Assembly: GCA_051313645.2 (NCBI GenBank)
Contig: JBNRSN020000007.1
Coordinates: 56,358,001 to 56,422,000, forward strand
Direction of reading: 5' to 3'
DNA from: Centroscyllium fabricii
Taxonomy: Eukaryota
DNA: 64,000 nt
Part shown: positions 35,501 through 47,500 of the stretch, one piece after another
Position numbering within the stretch: position 1 is the first letter of the stretch
Layout: each line of letters opens with the position of its first letter
The notes under the pieces: generated by a model
The model's input: only the letters and a program-made list of their open reading frames with translations
Told to the model about the DNA's origin: nothing
The model's database searches: none
Position numbers and translations under genes: made by a program

Positions 35501-38500
35501 TGACATAGCCTCTGTGAGTCAGACTATGAAAGGAACACTGAAACCACAAAACAAACAGTTGAACTCACTCACTGTTTGTTTGTGGTTTCAATGGAATGTA
35601 AACTGAAACTGATCCCCTGGGTGATTGACAGCTGGGCTCACAGACACAGCGCAGCACGCCGATCTCTGTTGAATAGGAGCGATATGAAGGTGAGTGATTT
35701 CAATGTTTTGGGGCTCTGAAGTTTCTCACCCCTGGGTGGCAGCTGCACCTCCAGCATGGTGGAGGCTAGCAAGCTGCTGTGTGGGTGCTGTGCCTATGCC
35801 TTGAAGGTGGTAGACACCCAGCCGCCTGGGTTCCCACCACCTTTTTTATGGTGGGGTTCCAACCAGGCGGGTTTTGGGTGGGAAGAGGGCTAAAATAGCT
35901 GATGGCTCTTAAAATAGGATTAGCCATCCAATTAAGAGCCCTCAACGACCTCAATCTGTCTCCGCGGCCGGCGGGAAACATTCGGGGCGGCAAAACCCGC
36001 CCGAGAAAAATCTGAAATCGGCGGGGTGGCTTCCCGCCCGCCGAATTTACAATATTGCCCCCCGCCCCGCCGAAATCCCGCACTCACGGCCCTCTGAAAA
36101 TCGCCCCCATGTCTCTATAATACGCATCCACCATTTTGTTTTTGCCTTTCAACCTGATAACAACACTTAGTACCTTTTTATATACTGAACCCACCCTCAA
36201 CTCGTTTCGAACACGACAACACTTTTGCACTCCTGTATGACTCGCCAATTTGTTGAGATTAACTTATCTGGCCGTTTCAAATAATCAGGATCGACTGCAA
36301 CCAATGGTGGGTATGTTGTGATTAATCGAAGTTTAAGATGGATATAACGCATTAGTTATACAACAAAAACATCGGACTGTGACAAGTTGTGGATACCGGT
36401 CTTAAGTCGGACAGAATGGCTGGCGTGCACGAACAGCTCGTCTGTCTCTGTCCACCACGTCTGTGCGAGGAGTTTTCGGGTCTTTTATTCTCATTTTAGG
36501 GGTGGACCTGGGGTAGCATATTGACAAGACCATTTAACCTATAGAGTTTCCCTTAAAACAAAGTGCCCAATGGTATGCCGAATTCTTTGTTTAAGCCATG
36601 GAAAAAGGTCAACCCTCCTGTTATTTTCCACCTGTCGGGGGTCCTTTTAGCCATCACACATGGTTTTTGTACCATGCCAATCATGGCCTTACAGCATGTT
36701 GAGGACTGGTTTTCCCCTTATCTCATCCGGCCATGTCCTCCTGAGGCTTGAGTCTCTTATTTCATACTAATTTTCCAGGAAAAAACAACTGAAACATTAA
36801 CCCCTTACTTGTCTTGAGCCCCAATACAATCATTTAAAGACAATATTATTCACGTCACAATTTTATTTGCATAACCATATACATTTTAGGTACCCCTAAT
36901 TTCCAACAGCAAATCGGCAACCCATCGACGTACATGCTGCAGTTATACTTGCAGTTATACATTCCTTACATAGAGAAAATATATCAGAAGCCATAAGCTG
37001 TAAAAGGTGAAAGAGTGCGGAAATTAAAGACCGTTGAAAGCACAGGTGAATAGAAGAGTTTTAGCAACAAAAAGCCAAAAAAACCCCAGAAAAGACAAGA
37101 AACACTCAGCAGGTCAGGCAGCATCTGTGGAGAGAAAATTTTCGGGGTTGAAGGCCGATAAATCCTCCGGGCCTGAGAATCTGCATCCTGGGGTGGCCCT
37201 AGAAATAGTAGATGCATTGCTGGTCATCTTCCAAAATTCTATAGACACTGGCTTGGAGGATAGCTAATGTCACCCCACTATTTAAAAAAGGTGGTCGAGA
37301 GAAAACGGGGAATTATCGACTGGTAAGCCTGACATCGGCAGTGGGGAAAATGCTAGAGTCCATTATAAAAAATGTAATAGCAGAGCACTTGGAAAACAGT
37401 GACAGAATCAGACAAAGTAAACATGGATTTACAAAAGGTAAATCGTGCTTGACTAATATACTGGAATTTTTTGAGGATGTAACTGGTAGAATAGATGAGG
37501 GAGAACCAGTGGATGTCATAGAATCTACAGTGCAGATAGAGGCCATTTCGGCCCATCGAGCCTGCACCAACACATATCCCACCAACACATATCCCACCCT
37601 ATCCCCGTAACCCCACATATTCCCACCCTATCCCTGTATCCCCACATATTTAATCCCCCTAACACTAAGGGTCAATTTATCATGGCCAATCAACCTAACC
37701 CCGCACATCTTTGGACTGTGGGAGGAAACCCACGCAGACACGGGGAAAATGTGCAAACTCCACACAGATAGTACCCGAGGCCGGATTTGAACCCGGGCCC
37801 CTAGCGCTGTGAGGCAACAGTGCTAACCACTATGCCACCGTGCCGACCATGTGGTGTATTTAGACTTTCAGAAGACTTTCGATAAGGTCCCGCGTAAGAG
37901 ATTAGTGTGTAAAGTTGAGGCACATGGGATTGGGGGTAAGGTATTGACTTGGATAGAGAACTGGTTGGTAGACAGGAAGCAAAGAGTTGGAATAAACGGG
38001 TCTTTTCCCCCCGAGTGGCAGGCAGTGACTAGTGGGGTACCGTACGCAGGGATCGGTCCTAGGACCCCAGTTATTCACTGTATATATATTAATCTAAACG
38101 AGGAAACTAGATGTAATATCTCCCAAGTTTGCTGATGACACAAAGCTGGGTGGGCGTGTGTGCTGTGAGGAGAATGCAGAGAAACCCCAGTATGATTTGG
38201 ACAGGTTGGGTGATTGGGCAGATGCAATATAATGTGGATAAATGCGAGGTTAACCACTTTGGTGTCAAAAACAGGAAGACAGATTATTATTTGGACGGCA
38301 ATAGATTGGGAGAAGGGGAAGTGCAATGAGACCTGGGTGCCCTTGTGCACCAGTCGCTGAAGGTAAGCATGCAGGTGCAGCAGGCAGTTAAGAAGGCAAA
38401 TGGTATGTTGGCCTTCATAGCGAGAGGATTCGAGTACAGGGGCAAGGATGTCTTGCTGCAGTTGTGCAGGGCCTTGGTGAGATTGCATCTTGAGTATTGT

Positions 38501-41500
38501 GTGCAGTTTTGGTCGCCTTATCTGAGGAAGGATGTTCTTACCACGGAGGGAGCGCAGCGAAGCGAAGATTCACCAGACTGATACCAGGGATGGCAGGAAT
38601 GATGTATGAGGAGAGACTGGGTCGATTGGGCTTATATTTGCTGGAGTTTAGAAGAATGAGAGGGAATCTCATTGAAATTGTAAAATTCTAACGACTGGAC
38701 AGACTAGATGCAGGAAGGATGTTCCCGATGGCGGGGGAGTCCAGAACCAGGGGTCACAATCTAAAGGTAAGGGGTAAGCCTTTTAGGGCAGAGATGAGGA
38801 ATTTCTTCACTTGTGAGTGGTGAACCTGTGGAATTCTCTACCAGAAAAGGCAGTTGAGGCCAATTCATTAAGTATATTCAAGAAGGAGTTAGATATATTA
38901 AGGCTAAAGGGATCAAGTCATACGGGGAGAAAGCAGGGACAGTGTACTGAATTTAGATGATCAACCATGATCTCATTAAGTGGAGCAGGCTCGAGAGGCC
39001 GAATGGCCTACTCCTGCTCCTATCTTCGATGTTTCTATGAAGTAGATGTCCCAGCATGCTAGGTTTGAAACTTGCAACCCTCTGTCTGTATACAGTTTCT
39101 CTTTCTGGTTCTTGAACTTTGACCATGCCCAGCTAAAGGAACTGTAGTCAGCAAATGTTAGCTTGGGGTATTAAACTAATTTTACATGGTGGGCCTGATC
39201 TGACGTCCTGGCAGTTGGTGTGGGCCATATTTAGCAAAGGTTAATTGGGCACTCTGGTGTAAAAACTGGTATGCGTTTTGTCTTTTTTTTCGGCATAAAA
39301 GGGGTGCAATGTAAACCAATTTCAGGATGCAGGGGCCTGCACCTAATCGGCGACGGCATGAACGCAGTCTTATTGGTCATCACTGGTTTTTAGGTATTGC
39401 TGTCGGCCGCCTGAAATCGACATTGCGGTATGAAATTTAAAAGGTGCAGTTCTTCTGGATGGTTAGAAGCAGAGCCTGGGAGCTTTGTTTTGTATTCTGA
39501 TAGGCTCGGCAACCTTAAGTGCAGGACAGTGGACTAAACTGTTCTGCGGGCCGGATACACACCACAGGTGATGTGTTTGATACCCCAATTCCAGGTCATG
39601 GTGTTGATTTAGTGTTGTGTCAAACTCCAGTCGGGACTTCTTACAAAGAATGCTGGATCTTTGGACAATTCATTAATTAATTAATCTATTTATTTATTTA
39701 TTTAATTATTAATAATAATAATAATAATAAACTCAATGTAACCATCGCCCCCACAGTTTATCTAATAGCTTGCTGGAAAAGCTGACTTGGTTGTCTTCTG
39801 TTAAAGTTACAAATTGTGTAATTTCTTGTGATTACCATTAACTTTAAAAAGAAATCGTTTTCTAAAACTCCACTATTTAAAAAGTTCTGAGCTGCGCAGA
39901 ACGACCAGTTTATTTTCTGAAGGGAAATGGGCCAGTTTTGGATGAAGTGAAGTGTAAATTTACTGCTTGCTGTGGTGGCAATGCAATTCAGAGCAATGTT
40001 TGTTTGGACTGATATTTGGAGGTGGGGTGCATTGATTGACCAGGAGTGTGGTGCCTTCATGTCATTCATTGTGTACATTTGAAGATGTTAAAATAAGAGC
40101 ATTATTGTTTCAATGGCCATGGTCATTGCAATTCAGAGGACCATGTGATGCTTGCTTAAGAGATGAATATCAGGTTTGTTTAAATCCTTAATGTTTGACT
40201 CAAAGCTGCCATGTACCAGGCATACGGTTCATAAATACCATCCCTTAAGAGTATTCATTCCTGGTCACTTTATTTTTCTGTTAATTTTGAAAAATTGTCC
40301 TTGCAGCAATCCAGCCCTGAAGGCAGCATACAACTTAACTGCACGTACTGCCATAATATCTTCAATGGGAAACCGGAAATACTGGACTGGCAGGTAAGGG
40401 TTTGATGGTTTGTTCATGCACTCCATATGTGCTTAGTGCTGGAGGAGTGAATGAAGTTTGGAAATTTTAGATGGTAATTGCTCCCTCTCTCCTGCATTTA
40501 TTATCGTTTTTTTGGTCGTTGTATTCTGATGGGCCACGTTTCATCTTGCCAAATGTTCATTCATAGAGTCATGGTTGAAAGGCTATCATTTTTACTACAA
40601 AAGAGAGAGATTAAAATGTAAGTGTTCTGGTGAAGGTAGTAAAACATGAAACGGGGTGAGGGAAGGGTGGCAGAATAGCCTGCAAAGAAATTGAGAACTA
40701 AATAAGTAAGTATGGGCCTCCATGATGAGAGTAGTCATCAAAATAGTACAAATAGGTACAGTGCAAACATGCTATGACAAACGTTATTATGTTTAATTGG
40801 AAATATAGAATGCAAGTTACGTCCCAAACTGCTCTTTCAATACTGTAGCTCTGTATTTAGTTCCCACTCACTCTTGTGTGAAATTCCCACTCACTGCTTG
40901 CTTATGATATCCTCCAACCCGTTCATTAAAAGCAAGCAGTTTTTTGGCTTCTGTTTACAAGGTTTGTAAAAAAAAATTTAAAAAAATCAATTGGGAGGCC
41001 TATTTAAATTCACAAAAGCTTTTAAAAATAAATAAATTAGCATTTATTTTTTTCCCTTGGCTTCTAGTTTAATTCTGAATTTTCTCCCCATACTCCATCT
41101 CTGCTCAAAACAGAAGTTTGTGTAGGGAACCGTTCCACAGTCCTTCAGTGGCTGAACTCGCCATTCTTTAAATCCGAGCTTAGTGAGTGTTGGCTTGTTA
41201 TTTGCTGTGGTGCATCACAGCTAATCTGATTTTATTGTTGCCTGCCTTGGAGATGTGTGTGCTCTTCCAATAGAAGTCACTACTGAACAGTTAGGAGCAG
41301 GGACCATTCCTTCCTCGACCTGCCCAAGATCAGATCAGACCGAGGAATACCTCGGCCAGTTGCAGCATTACTCTGCTGAGCAGACTGAGATGAGCTTACT
41401 CCACACAGGCCAGAGATCGAACTTGGGACTTGCTGTCCAGTTTAATATCACCCATTAAGTCATTGGGCCGGGCTACTTGTTTATGTTTTACATGGGGCCA

Positions 41501-44500
41501 GAAATTAGCCCTGGAGCCTTCGTGCGAGTGCAGTGCTCCTATTTGCACTTACCCAGCACTTTTTCCGTTTTGAATTTTTGCACTGTGACCTTCCGCGTTG
41601 CACAGCTTGTCAGAGCTCTGTGCAAACTGCTTGTGCAAATGAACGGCGTAATTAGTTCGAGATCTCCCATGAGATCATGTGATCGGCAGGGAGCCAATCA
41701 ATGGAAGCAATCCTCCATTCAAAACTTACACGGAGAAATCTGTGTAACTTTTGAAAAGAGAGATCTTCCAAAACACATCTAAACTCAAAAATAAAATTTT
41801 AAAAACACCACATTTTTTAACAGTACTCCAACTAACATAAATTACCTATTTTAACAGGCCTAAAAGAATACTTACCTGTCTTTCAAGTTAACAAAAATTA
41901 TAAACCTGAAAGAACAACACTTGAAATCAATAAAATAAAGACTTGCCTGCTAAAAATGGGTGCTTACGACTGGTATTTTCAAGCGTAGAATCTTCAATAC
42001 TTACCCCGTTGAAAATCTTTAAAAAAAACAAAAACGGAATGCCACTGCGCACCTCCTGGTGCGCAGGTTCGTGCGATAATCAACGCAGCAGCTTAACTCC
42101 ACCCCTTGCTGGCCGCCTTCGGAATGACATGGAGCAGCTGCAAAAGGCTGCTTCATGCGATTTGGAGCTTGGATGCGCTTGCACCTGAGCTCCAAATCAT
42201 AAATAGCGATCGGAAATACTGGCCCATGAACTTTGTTCAGCTGACCTGGTTTCATGTTTCTTGCTGCCAGCACTCAGAGGTCCTGGAAAGAGAACCATGC
42301 CTGTCTCCTGCTGGCCAGCAAAAAATGAAGAGGCATTGGTAAAGGGCCTGGCCGTCTCCTGCAGATAAAGCTATGTGTGTGTGGTGTGTGTGTGATTTTC
42401 TACCATATTAGGCAAATGCAGCTGTCCATTTACCCACACACAGCAGATAAACACCCAAATAATCTGTTTTCACAGCATTGCTTGAGGGATAAATGTTGGG
42501 TAGAATAAGGGGAGAGCATTTTTGCTCTTCAAATGGTGCCAAGGGATCTTTTATATCCACTTGACTGCCTCAGTTTAACATCCATCTGAAAGAGAGCACC
42601 TCTGAAATGGCAGCACTCCCTCAGTACTGCACATGCGTGTCAGCCCAGGGTATTTGTTGAAGCCCTGGAGTGGGGCTTGAAGCATGAACTTCTGACTCAG
42701 GAAAGAGGATTGCCACTGAGCCAAAACTGAATCTACACACAGGGTATTCTTGGGGTGAGAAATGAATCGTAGCTAGATACAGGACACTTCTTTTATATTA
42801 AAAAAAAAGCCAGCAATGGGTTGTCTGTTCTGATCCTATTCTCACTTTCTTTTGTTGCAGCAGGTGAGTTTCAGAGCAGGCAATTAATTTACATGGATTT
42901 TTCCATTTTTGGCTAAGTGGAAATTGATTTGAATACTTTGTTTTTTGTTTTAAAAAAAAAAGCATTTGTATGTTCATATATTGTGCATATTCTAAACAGC
43001 AAAGAAAGTAACTAAGTCACTCCTAAGTCAACAAAGGGGGGGAAATGACTACATTTAAAATTAATGGGAGAGGACAGCAGTTTTTTTGTTTGAGCTTGGG
43101 TATTTACTTTTTTTCCCTCTTTTTAGGGCAGTGTTCGGCAGTTTTGTTGCAAAGTATGCTGTGAAGATTATAAGAGGCTGCACGGTGTTGTCTCGGTCTG
43201 TGAATATTGCAAACAGGAGAAGATACTACATGAGAAGATTAAGTTTTCGGGAGTAGAAAAGAATTTCTGTAGTGAAGGTATGATCTCAGAAACTAATCGA
43301 GCAACCCCATGCAGAAAAAAAATGGGTAGAATTTTAGCATTATGACACAAAAGGGTGAAGGCTCCCAAACCCATGCCAAAGATAACTATCTTTAAATGAT
43401 CTAATTGCCGGTTCCTTTGTTTCTGATTTCAATGCCCAAATCTCTCTCCAGCTTGCCGTTCCACTGGCGGTGATCATTTTTGCTCCCTCAAGTTAGTTCA
43501 CTAAACTTGAATGTACCAGATCTGGCATAGCCACGTGAAGCATTGCAGTGCCTTGTTCTTTGTCAGCCAAAACCATCTACTACTCTAGAATCATCTTGGA
43601 GGGCATGGACAGCCCAAGAGTCATCTCTTCTACATGGTTGATCACCACCTCAAACCCACACCTCCAATACAAAGTGTGAAGGGCTCATTGATTTATTTTC
43701 GAGATTGAGAACAGCCACACAGTTGCTTCTGCCTCTAGCTTCTCTTCTCCCCATCTCACCCTCTGCTCCTGACCTCCTGTCAACTGCCCATTTATCATTT
43801 CCTTCCATCTTGCCCTCTGCCCATTTCAAGCTCAGCCCTTCCACGAGACTCATCTCCTGTTCCCTTGAATCCTCCACACTCAACTCTTAACCACTCAACA
43901 ACTCCTCTTGAGCCCCATGCTAGCTGACATTGTTAATGGCTCACTTTCCTCAGCCACTGACCCTCTCCCTACAAAGCTGCTGTCATCAACTCTCTCAAAA
44001 AACCTGTCATTCCCAACTATCAATCCACCTGCAGCCTCCTTTTCTGAAAACTCAATATTCTAACAATTTCGTCCAGTTTTTGTCCTGCTTCAAATACTGA
44101 GACTGCCCTGGTCAAAGTCACAAATGCCTCCCTGTTTGACTGTAATTGCAGTGCATATCCCTTTGTCCTCCGCACCTCTCTACAGCATTGACATTGTTGA
44201 CCAGGTCATCTTCCCCCATTACCTCTCCAAGCTGCTCTTGCTTGATTCTACACTTCCTTGTCCAAAAGCAGCGATACTTTTCTGTGTTCCTGCACTGTCA
44301 TCTCGAGTCTTCCTAGGATCTGTACTTGGGTCCACTTCCACTTCATCTGCATGCTGCCCTTGGATAATCTCTTGTATATGCTGATGACACCGAGCTGTAC
44401 TTCTCTACTACTTCTCTCAGAAGAACATAAGTAGGAGCAGGAGCAGGCCATACGGCCCGCCAGGCCTGCTCCGCCATTCAATAGGATCAAGGCTGATCCG

Positions 44501-47500
44501 AACTTAGACTCACGTCCACTTCCCTGCTCGCTCCCCGTAACCCCTTATTCCCCTATCAGTTAGGAAACTGTCTATCTCTGTTTTAAATTTATTTAATGTT
44601 GCAGCTTCCACAGCTCTCTGAGGTAGTAAATTCCATAGATTTACTACCCTCTGAGTGAAGAAGTTTCTCCATCTCAGTTTTGAAAGAGCAGCCCCTTATT
44701 CTAAGATTATGCCCCCGAGTTCTAGTCTCACCCATCAGTGGAAACATCCTCACCGCATCCACCCGATCAAGCCCCCTCACGATCTTATATGTTTCGATAA
44801 GATCGCCTCTCATTCTTCTGAATTCCATTGAGTAGAGGCCCAACCTACTCAACCTTTCCTCATAAGTCAACCCCCATATCTCTGGAATCAACCGAGTGAA
44901 CTTTCTCTGAACTGCCTCAAGAGCAACCTCATAACAACCTTTGTGCTGCCAGGCTGCCTTTTGGAACCTAATTTAGAATGTCAGCACTTTCCAACTGAAC
45001 ATCAAAAAGGCTAACAGCTTGGTCCTCGCTACAAACTATTCCCTTGCTGACTCCAAGCCCCTTCTCTGGTCACTCATTGAGACTGAATCAGACCATGCAA
45101 AACCTTGTGGTCCTGTTTAACTGTGAATTTGGCTTCAAACCCTATGTCCTATCCTGTACCAACACTGATTTTTTCTGCCTCTGCAGCATTGCCCTCATCA
45201 TAGAATCATAGAATGACACTGCATGAGGCCATTTGGCCCATCATGCCATTGTTGGCTCTTTGAAAGAGCTTTCCAATTAGTCCCCTTTCCCTGTAGCCCT
45301 GCAATTTTTTTCCACTTCAAGTATTTATCCCTTTTGAAAGTTATTATTGAATCTTGCAGATTATAACAACTTACTGTGTTTTAAAAATAAAAGTCTTACT
45401 ACAGCCCTTCATTTGCTGAAACCCTTTCCCATGCTTTTGTCACGTGTAAACATGATTTCACTAAAGTCCTCTTCACTGTCCTCCCATTCTCCATTCCTCA
45501 AACTCCATCTGGTCCAAAACTCAACTGTCTGCATCTTGTCCTGCTCACCATCTCACTCCCATCTTTGCAGACCTGCGTTGGCTCCAAGTCCCCCAACACG
45601 TTAAATTAAAAATCCTCATCCTTGCCTTCAACCCTGTCCGTGACCTTCTGCAGCCTATCTCTGTGAATTTTTCAACTCCGCTACCCTCCCGGGCCTTTGA
45701 ATCCTCTGACTCTGGCCTTTCATGCATTGCACCCTCTCTTCTCCTCCACCCCCCCACTCCATGATTGGCGAAGTCTCTAGTTACCTCAGCCCTACTCTCA
45801 GAAGACCTCTCCCTAAACCCATTGGCCTCCTCTCTACCTTTTTTGGAAAAAGAAACTTGGCAAACCCATTTTGTTGCACCTCCATAGCTTGTTGTTCCTT
45901 TGTTGTTTTCTCCACCTGCCCCCTCCCCAAACACCTCCCTCTGCCCTTTAAACCACCTATTGACACTTTCTACATTAAAGGTGCTATACAAAGGGTTGTT
46001 CCTATAATAGAATGATTTATTAAGTTTTTCCTTCAGTTTATTTTTTTTCATTTTTAGAAAAATATTTACACAGTAATACAAGTTCTGCTAAGTGTGTTGC
46101 AAAGAGGTTTGATGGTGTTGTAGTTGATTAACTTAATTAGCCACAGAGGAAAAGAACTGCAGTAAAGAATTTTCTTTTGATGTGGTTAAGTGTTTTGGAC
46201 TGGTCTGCTACGGAGCTGAAACTTCCCAGGTTCAGAAGAACCCTTAATGGCTGAGTAGGCAGCAGTATCAATCCAGTACTGTTTTTTTCCAGGTTGTGTA
46301 GCTTCTCGGCTAACCTTTGAAATTCACTCAAATATTAAGTAGACTAAAGCTTAGTTGATCACTCCCCCCTCTGTTTTTCCCCCTCACCCTATTTATTTAA
46401 AATAAAGCTCGTGTAGACTGGAGTTCTGATTTCTGTTGGTGAGTGAGTGTTGGCCAGTTACTGAACTGTGTGTGGGAGGAGGAAGTGTTGGTCGTCTTTC
46501 AACTGTGTGTGGGGGTAAATTCACCAACTGAACGTGATCCTTTACTCACTCAATGTTGACACATGAGCCTGTTTCCAGTACAGATCATTAACTAGCATTC
46601 AGGGTCCAGAAGATTCGTCCTCCCCACATTTCGTAATCCCAGAGTGGAGGATCATTCTTGCATCTCTACTATTACACCTGGATGAGATCAGCTAACTCGG
46701 CACAAATGGTGCCTTTTGATTCCGTTGTACACCTTCATCAATTGAGCCATTTGGGCAACTGTCCACACATGCACCTGACTTAAATGCTGCACTAAAAAGA
46801 CCAAAATTGGTTCAAACATGTGGGGGTGTTTAGATTTGCCCAAGTTAAAGGGGCAGTACCACATTGTTTCCTCGAGTACTGTGTGCAGTTTTGGTCGCCT
46901 CATCTGAGGAAGGATGTTCTTGCCATGGAAGGAGTGCAGCGGCGATTCACCAGGCTGATACCAGGAATGGCAGGAATGACCTATGAGGAGAGACTATGTA
47001 GTTTGGGGATGTACACACTGGAGTTTAGAAGATTGAGAGGGGATCTCATAGAAACATATAAAATTCTGACAGGCCTGGACAGACTAGATGCAGAAGGAAT
47101 GTTTCCGATGGCAGGAGAGTATAGAACTAGGGGACACAGTTTAAGGATAAGGGCTAAACCATTTAGGACAGAGATGAGGAGGAATTTCTTCACCCAGAGA
47201 GTGGTGAACCTGTGGAACTCACTGCCACAGAGGGCAGTGGACGCCAGCTCATTAAACATATTTAAGAGGGAATTAGATATATTTCTGCAGGCAAAAGGGG
47301 TTAAAGGTTACGGAGAGAAGGCAGGGACGGGATACTGAACTGAAGGATCAGCCATGATCTCATTGAATGGCGGAGCAGGCTCGAAGGGCCGAATGGCCTA
47401 CTCCTGCTCCTATCATCTATGTATCTATGTAAGGTGAACTAATGGCCCTAGATGGGCCACTTTGGTTAGCTATGAATCTTTCTGCTCATAGTCTAAGAGG

